Below are positions 38,601 to 49,500 of a stretch of DNA of 64,000 nucleotides, in pieces (position 1 is the stretch's first letter; the number at the start of each line of letters is the position of its first letter). This DNA is from Amoebophrya sp. A120 (Eukaryota > Protista > Dinoflagellata): positions 5,411,038 through 5,475,037 of the forward strand of contig CAJINV010000005.1 in assembly GCA_905178155.1 (NCBI GenBank), written 5' to 3'. The notes below the pieces were generated by a model. That model was not told the origin of the DNA, did no database searches, and worked only from the letters and a program-made list of their open reading frames with translations. The translations under genes and the position numbers were made by a program.

Positions 38601-41600
38601 TGGGAGCGTCAGGATTGAAATCGACAAAGTTGAAATAATTTGTCATGCATAAAAAAATGGACGCCAGTTGGAACCCAGTTTCCAAGTGGCGCATGACAAA
38701 TTTCAGTGGTTCCTAAATCCAGTCTGTCATGCTGTTTAGGCAAAGGCGAGTGATTTTCTCATGCTACTTTAGCAGCTCGAGCTGTAACCCCAAACAGGCT
38801 TACAATCGGCCTCACTTGCCTGCTCTGCAACACACGTACCTCGGGCCATGCATTTTATGCATTACAGATTATTTCAACTTTGACGATTTCAAACCTGACG
38901 CTTCCATACCTCGGTGGAGAAGAATACTACATCGATCCCGGCGGTGGTCCGGACCACCCCGATAAGTGATCAGAGAGATGAAGTAGCTGTTCCTGCAGCT
39001 GCTGTTCATACCACTACTTCCACACCGCCCAGCACTTTCGATGACGCTGCGCGTCGTGCCGCTGCTCTGGACAAGGCTACGAACAATTTTCGGCAGCCAA
39101 GTGAGATGATGTTTCACAGCAGCGACGAGGACGATGAAGACGACGATGAAATTCCCTCTATTACCCTCGGGGGGAAGCCGAAGGAGCTCCTTCGTCACGC
39201 ACACGACACCAAACACGGAGGGACGCAGAAACAAGGCCGAAGGACGAAAATAAACTCGACCAGCAGAAGCCGGAGCACATCGAGGTCGCCGACTAAGTAT
39301 GCACTGCAAAAGTATCGCACTCGTATAAATGCACTACAAATTTCCTCAGCATGAGAAATGAAATTTGTAATGCTGATTGACCTTAAGCAAAAGATTTGTA
39401 ATGCAAGAATTGCATTTAATATTCGAGTACAGTACTTTTGCACAGGATACTAAGCAAGAGTTCGAGATTTTCCGAAATCTCCCCCGGAGTTTGAGTTTCA
39501 ACTACGCAGGTGGAGGATCAGGAGCGGCCACCACGACTGGAAAAACGGTGCATGGTGGAGCAGGAGGAGTCAGTGCAGCTGCTGCATCTTCAGCTGCCTC
39601 TACGTTCGCAGGTGGTGGTTCATGTGCACTCTCAACAGCGGCCGTAACTACACCACGAACACTCGGGATGAAGAACATGAAAAAACAAGCTGCTGCTGCA
39701 AATCATGGATCATTGACGATGAATACAATGGACGTTGCCGGGTCTTCAGCATCAGCTACGCTGTCAGGGGGCGTAGCCGATCACGTCCCAACAGCGGGGG
39801 CGGATGTAAACAAGACAGAGCTGGCTCCTGGGCCCTCTAGTACAGGAGAACCCCCGGGTGGTCCGCGGCCCTCGGCTCCTCGCAGGTCGGCTGTTCAGGC
39901 AGAAGGAGCTCGTCTAGGAGGTACTAGTAAAAACGCAGCTAGTTCTTGCACAAACAGCAGAGTACCATCGCGTCGAGCAACTCTCACCGCATATTATGGG
40001 CTGAACAACAGGAGTAAAGTACCTAGTCGTGCAGCAGGAGGAGCTACTAGTACTAGTACAACTTTCGACGCCACCAGTCCCAGTGGCACAGGTGCAGCAG
40101 CTTCATCTACCGATAGTACTGCAGGAGCTGTACCTATGGAGGCGTCAGGTTTGAAATCGTCAAAGTTGAAATAATTTGTAATGCATAAAATGCGATACAA
40201 AAAGTGACTCTATTGCAGAGGACCCACGGGAGGCAGATTATAGTCCTGGTAAGGGTCAAAAGTTGGACTGCTAAGTAGCATGACAGAAGGCAGCTCTTTT
40301 GCCCTAAACCGCATGACAGACTCGCTTCCAGGACCGGGAAAATTTGTCATGCACCGACTACAAACTGTAGGTCTAACCGGTATCCGTTTTATGCATGACA
40401 AACTATTTCAACTTTGACGATTTCAAACCTGACACATCCATAGTACCTGCTGGTGTGGTGCGGAAGATGAGTGTATTGTGAGGAAAAATCCCCCCTCCCC
40501 ATATCGAAAAGGCATGTTTCCGAAGATTTGTGTTGCTGATTTGAGGTCACAAATCACGTCTGTCTTGCAAGAAGACACGGGCAAAAGCTCCGCCCCCATT
40601 ATGGAGGCGATTTGTCATGCTGTTGGGCCTAAAGCGGAGCCGTTTGCCATGCTGAACAACTAGACCGATACGCCCCTGCATAGCCTGGAGATCTGGCCGC
40701 GATGCCTTCCTGCAATACAAAGCCGATTTGTGTACACAGATCCCGCATCACAGATTTCCATTTCGATATGGGGTGGGGGGATTTTTCCTTTTGATAGAGT
40801 GGCGCGACGACGACAAGGGTGGCAGGGACCAGTCCGAGCTTGTCCATATCAAATGTAAAAATGTCTGGGTCCTCTGGAAGGGTCATGCTGTTTTTGCATG
40901 ACACAGAAGGGCTGAGATGGAAGCTCTAGCATCACAGGTTTCGAGAAGCTTCCGCCATGCCGAGTTTTTCGCATGACAAATCCCCCAATTTGGTCACAGA
41001 AAGTGGGCAGCTTTTGCTACCTATGCATGAGAGATTTTTCTGTGTTCTGCAATGCGCATCACAGGTTTGTATTCTTCCAGACCCAGACACTTTTGCAATC
41101 CATAGTCCACGTCTCCGTACAAAAAACTAGTGCTTGCCGCTGTGCCAACTAGCAGTACTTGTATTTCATCTTCCCGAGGTCGGATTTCTAGAGATAGTGG
41201 TGCACAGACTTGCTCTAGTGCTACAACATCAAAAGTCACAAGAGCAGCGTCTGGCTCCACTAGTACTGCCACTCCCTCATCCACCTCTTTCGTCAGTAAT
41301 ACGGCTAACCGGGCGGCTATCCAGGAAAAAACACCCTTGGCCATCCATTTTTTAGATGACAAACACTGCACATTATGCATGTTTTGCATGACAAATTGGA
41401 TGGGAGTGGGTGTTTTATGTTCCTGGATAGCGGCTGTGCGCCGACGGCTCTCCGCGGTGCAGCGCAGACAGTCGGTGCCGACGGAGCAGATAGCTTCGAC
41501 TACCGTATCAATGTCTTCTCACAGTACAACCAGAGCTGGTCGTGCGCCGCCGACGTCGTCGCGTCAACAAGGGGCGGTAGTTTCTACTTCATGGAATAGC

Positions 41601-42172
41601 ACAGCGACTGCTTCCCAAAGAAGGGCGCCGAAACATCAAGGCGTAGAAGTAGTGGAGATACGAACTACCATGAGTGCAGCTGGTGGTCCGAAAATAGAAT
41701 CTCCTGAACAAGAAGAAGAAGGTGAAGGGGAAAATAAAGCAGGTGGTTCTGCGGAAGCTGTGCCGGCTTGTGTGAGGCAAAGTGATCATCACCGTGAAGT
41801 GGACGTCCTACCAACAGCAGTCGCGTCTGACATCGACGCACCATTCGACGCAGGAGCCGATCCATCAATAGATGGGAACTACACTCCTGCCACTGTAGCT
41901 GGTGACGAAGATGATCATCCTGTCCAGCTCCAGTATGCGTTGCAAAAGTATCGTACTAGTATGAATCGCATCACAAATTTTTTCAAGATGAACAAGAAAG
42001 ATGAAATTTTTCATGCTGGACAAGGTACAAAGTTAGATTTGTAATGCATGCCTGACATTTTTTATTACTAGCTACGAGTGCGATACTTTGCCGACAGGAT
42101 ATCCAGCCCGTGGAACCGATTCCTTCCCCCTTGGGAGGGGAAACGAGTTGTTCGGACGCCGATTCAGCATGA
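32689..42172 (+). CDS. Gene 4, large Ser/Thr/Ala-rich hypothetical protein split by 17 introners
   Basis: The 522-aa first exon ORF continues in frame through all 17 junctions to …SCSDADSA, TGA at 42170-42172. If 42165-45089 plus one CGATT is removed it ends instead …DADYFRLQGLLFTETG, TAA at 45135. Confidence 0.85.
34253..34518. mobile_element. Introner family B
   Basis: TIR, TSD GAAGG. Confidence 0.92.
34584..34890. mobile_element. Introner family C
   Basis: TIR, TSD TAGGT/TAGCT. Confidence 0.9.
34973..35098. mobile_element. Introner family A
   Basis: TIR, TSD ACATC. Confidence 0.92.
35185..35332. mobile_element. Introner family A (reverse)
   Basis: TIR, TSD TGCCA. Confidence 0.92.
35374..35485. 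mobile_element. Introner family K (112 bp, TIR TATCCAGGAAAAAACAC)
   Basis: Perfect TIR, TSD GTTCT/GTTCC. Confidence 0.92.
36289..36595. mobile_element. Introner family C
   Basis: TIR, TSD CAGGG. Confidence 0.92.
37074..37303. mobile_element. Introner family F (ends ATC)
   Basis: TSD CCGCA. Confidence 0.88.
37601..37873. mobile_element. Introner family B
   Basis: TIR, TSD GCTCC/GCCTC. Confidence 0.9.
37981..38231. mobile_element. Introner family B
   Basis: TIR, TSD CTCCT. Confidence 0.92.
38327..38485. mobile_element. Introner family G
   Basis: Homologous to 527-683, TSD TTGCG. Confidence 0.92.
38599..38908. mobile_element. Introner family C (reverse relative to 21945)
   Basis: TIR, TSD CCTCG. 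Confidence 0.92.
39298..39449. mobile_element. Introner family A (reverse)
   Basis: TIR, TSD CTAAG. Confidence 0.92.
40135..40442. mobile_element. Introner family C
   Basis: TIR, TSD GTACC. Confidence 0.92.
40474..40796. mobile_element. Introner family E
   Basis: TIR, TSD GAGTG. Confidence 0.92.
40847..41104. mobile_element. Introner family B
   Basis: TIR, TSD GTCCA. Confidence 0.92.
41318..41429. mobile_element. Introner family K (112 bp)
   Basis: TIR, TSD GCGGC; homologous to 35374-35485. Confidence 0.92.
41934..42101. mobile_element. Introner family A (reverse)
   Basis: TIR, TSD TCCAG. Confidence 0.92.
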
Positions 42173-42415
42173 TCTTAACCACTTGTTAGAAATAGAATGC
42201 TTGCGCGTTCTTGACTTGTACTTACTAGCAATCGAACACCGATAACACAACATCAAAATGCAACGAGCACCAACAGAAGGGGAACAAAGCAAAGTCGTGC
42301 CCCCCCCGGGATTAGAAACGCGGGTCCGCGTTTGGTTTTTTGGCCAATTTCTGCACACACACTTTACACATTTGGCTTCGGGGCGAGTTGTTCTCTCAGG
42401 AGGTTCCTGGGCGCT

Positions 42416-42600
42416 CTTATTCTTGTCCGCGGCGCCCGGATGGGGCCATCGGAGCCGGGGCAGTTCCTTATTCTTGTCCGCGGCGCCCGGATGGGGCCAT
42501 CGGAGCCGGGGCGACCCCTTATTCTTGTCCGCGGCGCCCGGATGGGGCCATCCGAGCCGGGGTGGCCCCTTATTCTTGTCCGCGGCGCCCGGATGGGCCA
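42416..42600. repeat. Tandem repeat, 51-bp unit, ~3.6 copies
   Basis: CTTATTCTTGTCCGCGGCGCCCGGATGGGGCCAT… starts at 42416, 42467, 42518 and 42569. Confidence 0.95.
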
Positions 42601-42608
42601 CCGCGGGC

Positions 42609-42907
42609 CGGGGAGTTGGGGTCTTGGGAAGTTGGGGTTTTGGGGGAGTTGGGGTTTTCGGGGAGTTGAGGTTTTCGGGGAGTTGGGGTTTTGGAGGAGT
42701 TGGGTTTTTGGGGGAGTTGGGGTTTTGGGGGAGTTGGGGTTTTCGGGGAGTTGGGGTTTTCGGGGAGTTGGGGTTTTCGGGGAGTTGGGGTTTTGGGGGA
42801 GTTGGGGTTTTGGGGGAGTTGGGGTTTTGGGGGAGTTGGGGTCCTGGGGAGCTGGGGTCCTGGGGAGCTGGGGTCCTGGGGAGTTGGGGTTTTGGTGAGT
42901 TGGGGCC
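42609..42907 (+). repeat. G-rich minisatellite (GGGGAGTTGGGGTTTT[C/T])n
   Basis: Directly visible; G-tracts roughly every 8-9 nt. Confidence 0.95.
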
Positions 42908-43530
42908 CCCGGAGGAGGAGAAGGTCTGGACCCGGGCGGGGGAGGCACGGAGGCCCAACCTCCGGAGGAAGAGGTCCGGCCTCCGGAGGAGGAGGAGGCC
43001 CAACCCCCGGAGGAGGTGGTCTGAGGTCCGGAGAAGGAGGTCCGGCCTCCGGAGGAGGAGGAGGTCCAACCCCCGGAGGAGGAGGGCGGACCTCCGGAGG
43101 AGGAGGTCCGGCCCCCGGAGGAGGAGGAGGTCCAACCCCCGGAGGAGGTGGTCCGGCCTCCGGAGGAGGAGGAGGTCCAACCCCCGGAGGAGGAGGGCGG
43201 ACCTCCAGATGAGGAGGTCCGGCCTCCGGAGGAGGAGGAGGTCCAACCCCCGGAGGAGGTGGTCTGAGGTCCGGAGGAGGAGGTCGGGCCTCCGGAGGAG
43301 GAGGTCCTTCCAACCTCCGGAGGAGGAGGTCCTTCCAACCTCCGGAGGAGGAGGCCCAACCTCCGGAGGAGGAGGCCCAACCTCCGGAGGAGGAGGGCCG
43401 GTGTACGGAGGAGGAGGAGCTCCGGGGTCCGGAGGAGGAGGCCCGGTGACCGGAGGAGGTGGTCATGGTTTGGACGGAGAAGGCCTTGGGCGTGGGAGGA
43501 GGTGGTCCGGTTGGGGGAGGAGGTGGCCGG
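42908..43530 (+). repeat. G-rich repeat (CCGGAGGAGGAGGTCC…)n
   Basis: Directly visible degenerate tandem units. Confidence 0.9.
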
Positions 43531-43629
43531 GGTTTTTGTTGGTGCTCGTGAAAATTGTTGGGTATGAACGGTTTTCGTCCTTAATTACATTTCTCAACCC
43601 CAGCCAAGGAACGAAAATACGAATACGCA

Positions 43630-45024
43630 ATGACAGAGCGGTGCGTCATACCCGAAGAGGAAGGGGTCGCAACCACCGAGGGAACACTGGTAGAGTGCGA
43701 CGGGGTGGACCTGCGAAAAGAATACAGGGACGCAGCGGCACAAGTGTGCACCCGCCGCATGGGGGATTTGAGCCCGACCCACTTGTTGATATGGGACAGC
43801 GGTCACTACAACGTGGTCAAGTTCAAGGCCTCCGGCTGGGTGATTCTGGATAACGGGAAGGCGATGCGGCTTACCCGCCTGGGGCGCAGGGAGTACATCC
43901 TCGACAAGCACAACGAACACCGATGCCCAAAGTGTGGGGATGTGTTGGACGACGCAAAGGCTCTGAAATACCACTTGGCGACCGGGTTCTGCAGAAAAGA
44001 CAAAACGATCCACGAACAGGGAACCTTACGGGTGGCCAGGGTGGTAGAGCAAAAGAAAAAAGGCGAAAGGGAATCCCCTGAGGCGGGGCCGGTCGACATC
44101 TGGCACGACGGGAAGCAGATCGCCTCGGTGGCGAGGTTTGTCTACCTGGGCACAGAAATAGACCGGAACGCAGCCACTTCGTCGGAGACCCGACGGCGCT
44201 GCGCCATGGCCTTGAGCGTGGTGCGGTCGCTGTCAAAGATCTGGCGCGACAGGGAAATCCCGAAACACCTAAAAGCCGCCCTGTATAGATCGCTCTGCAT
44301 CAGCGTGGCCCTCTACAATGCCGAAACTTGGGCGACAACGGAAGCCGACGAGCAGACGCTCCGGAACTTCCAGAGGCAGGCGCTCAGGTTCATCCTCGGA
44401 TACTGGGAGTGGCAGGAAGTGCCGCCAAGGGAAGAGATGTGCAAGGCATTGGGGGTGCAGACCATAGAAACCGAGCTTCGGGAAAAACGGATAGCGTGGA
44501 TCGCCCACGCCGCTAGAGATCCGTACGGCGAGGGATCAATAACCCGCATCGAGGACGAGATCAAGGAAAAAACGAGATGGGGAAAGCTGGCGGCGGACGA
44601 CCTTGACTACTACCGGGTCAAGGTCGCCGACCTGAAGGCGCAGCGGCCTACGGGGGCGGTGGTGCGAGAGATGATAGTGCGGCGCAGACCCTTCGCTACG
44701 GTGAAACGGGAACCAAAAAAGAAGGGCCCTGCACCGGGAAAACCGTCAAAGAGGTCCAGAGAGATGCAGGAAGAGAGGCGCCAGCGGTTGGAAAAACAGA
44801 GGGAAGAGCAGGCACAAGCTGCACAGGCACTAGTAGACGCCCTGTCGGGAAAGCATTGGAAGCCATCGGGTAGCCGGGCGGGTTTTTGGGAGCTAGAAGA
44901 AGACCCGCAGTGCGTCTTCGAGGTCAGCGAGGTCTTCTTCTGCGAAAACACGGGGAGAGAGGAAGTAAATGTAGCCGGAGTGTGGTTCCAGAAGGAAGAT
45001 GATGGCACATATATCCTCCGATAG
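43630..45024 (+). CDS. LINE-derived protein: Zn-finger-like CxxC..H..C plus RT domain-7/thumb region of RTE-like non-LTR elements
   Basis: Intact 464-aa ORF with FVYLG, LSKIWRD, LYRS…LYNAETW, FQRQALRFILG and REKRIAWIAHAAR motifs. No YADD motif is present. Confidence 0.8.
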   Translation: MTERCVIPEEEGVATTEGTLVECDGVDLRKEYRDAAAQVCTRRMGDLSPTHLLIWDSGHYNVVKFKASGWVILDNGKAMRLTRLGRREYILDKHNEHRCPKCGDVLDDAKALKYHLATGFCRKDKTIHEQGTLRVARVVEQKKKGERESPEAGPVDIWHDGKQIASVARFVYLGTEIDRNAATSSETRRRCAMALSVVRSLSKIWRDREIPKHLKAALYRSLCISVALYNAETWATTEADEQTLRNFQRQALRFILGYWEWQEVPPREEMCKALGVQTIETELREKRIAWIAHAARDPYGEGSITRIEDEIKEKTRWGKLAADDLDYYRVKVADLKAQRPTGAVVREMIVRRRPFATVKREPKKKGPAPGKPSKRSREMQEERRQRLEKQREEQAQAAQALVDALSGKHWKPSGSRAGFWELEEDPQCVFEVSEVFFCENTGREEVNVAGVWFQKEDDGTYILR

Positions 45025-46516
45025 GGAACGACTCCGAGAAGAAGGAAAAAACGAAGATGATAGAAATGCACGCACATCCACGACTCAATCGATTATTTCA
45101 GACTACAAGGACTACTTTTTACTGAAACCGGATAAGCGTATGAACTGAACTGAACTGAACCCCAGCCAAGAAGGGCAGCCATGTGCATGTAGTTGCTTTT
45201 GCGTATGTTGGCAACTATAGCTGAACCAGAGCTGCAAAAATGTGAATCGCAAAGACGAATACGACTGCTGGGATTTGTTTTTAATTCTATGTTTAAATCG
45301 CTCGCCTTCTTCGTCTCTTCTGTATGCAAATCAGAAACCGAGGATTAATATTTCAGGTCCAGGAAAATAAGTAAAGTAAGCAGATTCTCCCACGTTTTCC
45401 TTTGTGTTTTTACCTTGTTTTTGCTTCGAGGAAAAATTAATATGTGGAACAAATGTTAGATACGCTAATGACGGGCAGGTGGAAACCGCGCTTCTAAGAC
45501 GAGCAATTCTACTGTACGAATCTCACGATCCAACTTTCCCTATCGACAACTACTTTCGGTGCCACTTTGCTAAGAGAGACACAGTCACGAGGAAGACCAA
45601 GACGAAGTGGTTTTCAGTTCGCGTGTTTTTGGCTTCAATTCCATTTCATCACATGACATCATTCGATTACTTGTGGCGTCAGTACGACCCATCGGTTGCC
45701 TCAGACATGGTTTGTAAATATGAAGAAGTACTACTAGCTGTCATGCCGCTATCCGTCCCAGTTTCGGTTGCTTTCTATTGCACTACCTGCCACGTCGGTT
45801 CCGGTGATAATTTTCATTGCGTAGTATTCTTCATGCTGTGTACAACTCTAGTTCCACTCGGACTTTAATTTCGGTTTTCATCGTGGTGCAACTGCAACTC
45901 GACTCCACTCGTCGGACTTTATGTCGGTTCTCATCGTGGTCGTGGTGCAAGAACTCGTTCTGTCATTGCTCACGAAAAATCGTGTAGTACTTACTTTTTA
46001 GCTGGTCTTGCTTATTTATCGTGCAAAAATAAAGATGACAAATCGTTCAACGTTGAGCACGTCGTTCGGTTCGCGGCTCGTGCGCTGAAAAAAAGGAAGA
46101 CTCGTCCCCAGATGTCGGTCGTGCATTCTTTTTTATCGTACAACACAACTGCAACTACTTGTCGTGGTCATGAGAAAAGTAGTTCAAGTTGCAGCTTTTG
46201 CCAAAACTACGTCGAAATTTGCGCTGCCGCCGCTGGTGCGTTTGGTCGAGTATTTATTATATGACTTTTTATGGACTTCCTGCTGCAGTTTCAAGCGTTG
46301 TTTCCCCTTCGTTTGAGCCATGTGTCTCTAAAAACTTAAACTGTTTATTTCTTTCACTTTCCGCCCCGTACACTAAAATAAAAATTGTTTGACCTGATGA
46401 AGCAAAACCAAAACCAAAACTCCCCCAAATAACAAAAAACAAGATTTTTACAGTTTGTGCCTAATCGTATTTTACTCTTCATCCATGTGCGTTTTTGTTC
46501 CCCAGCAGAAGCACAG

Positions 46517-49500
46517 ATGACGATGATGTCGACACAGCAGGAGGATCAAAAACAACACGCCCAGCGGGCGCCGATGACCTGGAAAAATGCGGCGAAGCCG
46601 GGAGCGAGTACCGCACTGGGACTGGCAACCACATGGGGAATGGTGAGTTATTCTTTGTAGATGCATTGACTCAGCTCAGACTTTGCTCACACCAGCCGCA
46701 CTGCAAAGGCATCATTTGCTGACTATCCTGTTTACAGCATTGCAAATTGATTCCAAAACACGACTGGAATTATTGCCTATCATGGGGACGATCACGCGCC
46801 GCGTGGTCACAAATGTTCCTGTCATTGTTATTGCAAATCCGCATCACAAGAACTCGGGGGCGGCGGTGGGAGCCTTTTTGGTTAACAGGGTGAAATCTGA
46901 ACTACTCAAAAAAAGCTCAACGTCTAGAAATAAAATAAGAATCAACTATTGAAAATTTTAAACTCTCTCCCACTGCTCTCTACTACTTTCAATTTTTTTA
47001 AAACAGCGGCCACAACTCGTCGCGAGGAACGCGAAGACGAGAGCGGGTGCTACCGCGCTGGCAACATGGCTGACGTTGTTGAAAAGTGGGCCTTTTACAA
47101 CAACGGTCGAGGGATACAATCCGCGACCGGGAGGTGGCACAACCACATCTACTGTCGCAAAAATGGGACCGGAACTACAAGATGACGAAAATAACAACCG
47201 AGGAGACGACGAACTGCCAACAATAACACACGTCGAACACCTATCCAAGGAAAAAAAATGTGTAAGTGTAACTTTCTTTAGGTGCTGACAGCATCACAAA
47301 TTTGCTCTGCATGACAGAGAAAGCCTGTCACGCGTGGTTTGTAAGGGAAAACACACATGAAAAGAGGACTTGATGGTTGTCTGGCATGACAGGCGTGCCT
47401 CTGTTGCATGTTTTGCATTACAGAGTTTGTTACACTTACGCAGTTTTTTTCTTGCGATAACACCGGCAGAGCATTCCGGTGTCTTCGCTCGGAGGCAGGA
47501 TCAACATCCCCGCCAGCACCTCGAGTGCTGCAGCCGCGCCACGACCTCCTACTTCTCAAAAAGAAGCTGCAGCAGCAGGAGCTCCACGCAGGGCCTCTTC
47601 ATCTGGTCGTGAAAGTACTTGGAGAGCAGCACGATCTAGTACTTCTTCTTCTTCCTCTTCGTTCGTCGAAACCACAAGACGGGAGAGTACGGAAAAAAAC
47701 CACCAGGAGCACCAGACAACCTCAACCGCGCACGACACGAACGACGATTTCGGCTGTGAGCACGGTGCCTGCGGTGATGAGGACTCTAGATACGCCAAGA
47801 GAAAACTGTTTGTTCACTGTAAAGTTTACAGTGAAAGAACCTGTAGTAATGCAGAAAATGCATCGCTGAAGTGTTTGTCTTGCTGTGGACCCCCAGGATC
47901 AGGTAGACGAGGTCCCAGACCGAAGTGGTAGGCGCTTAGGGTGAACTATGTATGTAGGGCCCTTCCGTGCGGCCAATTTGTATGTCCCGCAACGGGGTTC
48001 GCCTATGTCGGTCATTTGTATGTGAGGCGATGGGTTACCCGGTCGGCAGAGCCGATCCACAACGAACGAACGATACACATGCAAGACGAGTGATTTTTCG
48101 CGGCGTTTCCCCTTAAGATCCTCGCATGGCGAGTTTTCTTTGTAAAAATGTGTAGCGAGCTTGTAATGCAAAACTTGCAATAAAATTCTATACAGTGAAA
48201 CAGTTTTTTCTTACGATACTAGAGGCCCAGAGGCCACAGTCGACCTGCACTCCGCCACGAAGCCCAGGATGCAGCCTGGAGGTCGGAAGAAAACTGCGGG
48301 GGGTCCTCCTATGGGAGTGTCAGGATCGAAATCGACAAAATCGAAAAACTTGTAATGCATAAAATGCAGGGCACGCAAGGCCTGTGTTGGGGAGAAGGCA
48401 AATGAGACCGATAATTGCAAGCCTGTTTAGGGGAAGAAGACGCGTTGCCAGAGAAGCATGACAGGAGCAGTGTTCTTTGCCCAAACAGCATGACAGACTG
48501 GATTTTGCAGCTCCCGAAATTTGTCATGCGCCACTTGGAAACTGAGGGCCCAACTGGTATCGATTTTATGCATCACAAATTTTTCGATGTTGTTGATTTC
48601 GATCCTGACACATCCATACCTCCCCGTGCAGATGAGGAGAATGGCGATGGATGGTCGTGTACCATTTGTAAAAACGTCTCCACCTCTTCCCCAGAGTCAA
48701 GTAGACGGGAAATCTGCTAGACAAATCAGCATGCTTTGGCTGTTGCGCATGACAAGTTCTTTGGGCGCGTAGTCGTGTGCTAGACGTCGCTTACGTTATT
48801 TCGCGCTAGTGCAGAAGCATCGCACATGCAGCATCTTACGCTGATTTGAGCATCACAAATTCAGATTCCAAAAGAACGCGTACGAGTAGAATACTAAAAC
48901 ACTTCTACCACTACTCATGGGGCTTCGCATACGAAACATTTTGAGCATGCAGCTTTGCATGACAAGAACTCTGGGCACGACCACCTGGGGACATTTTTAC
49001 ACAGGATATCGTGTGACGACGACGACGACGACGATGGTGGAGAATCCGGACTGTGTATCCTGAGTAAAAGTGTCCCCATACCAGAGTCAAGATGGGAAAT
49101 CTGCTAGACAATTCTCCAAGCTTTGGGAGTTTTGCATGACAAGTTTCCATCTGTAGTGTACTGCTGTTTAACAAGAGAAGCAGCATGAGAAAGCGAGCTT
49201 CTCATCCTGTTTACAGCATTACAAAGTCCAAAAAACGATTGGAAAGGCCTCTCATGGAGATGCGCATCACAAATCTTCCTCTCATTGCACATTTGCATGA
49301 CAACTATGGGGTGGGGACGCTTTTACATACGATACTGTGCCCAGGCGGGTCCTCGTCCTCAACTCGCCCCGTCGAAGCGATGATGGCTCCGCCCGGTGGT
49401 CGTGAACAAGTTCTATCAAATGTAAAAATGTCTGGGTCTGGAACGATGCAACTTGTGATGCGCATTTCACACCACACAAAAATCTGTCATGCATGCAAGC

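Larger units (their letters stand above)
42165..45089 (+). mobile_element. Non-LTR retrotransposon derivative (RTE-like thumb region, no RT catalytic core) at the 3' end of gene 4
   Basis: Abrupt compositional change, internal tandem repeats, LINE-type ORF 43630-45024, candidate TSD CGATT at 42160-42164 and 45090-45094. Boundaries are tentative. Confidence 0.7.

Noticed and set aside
42609-42907. True telomere
   Set aside because: It is internal, degenerate, and not the TTTAGGG-type unit.
42164-43853. Long overlapping ORFs on both strands (531, 360, 338 and 298 aa)
   Set aside because: Stop-poor tandem repeats are open in nearly all frames, so there is no evidence of coding.
45404-45868. 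154-aa ORF, and similar isolated ORFs at 7705-8025, 16300-16524, 18674-19270 and 60805-63500
   Set aside because: No recognisable motifs or splice-consistent context. They cannot be supported without homology or expression data.
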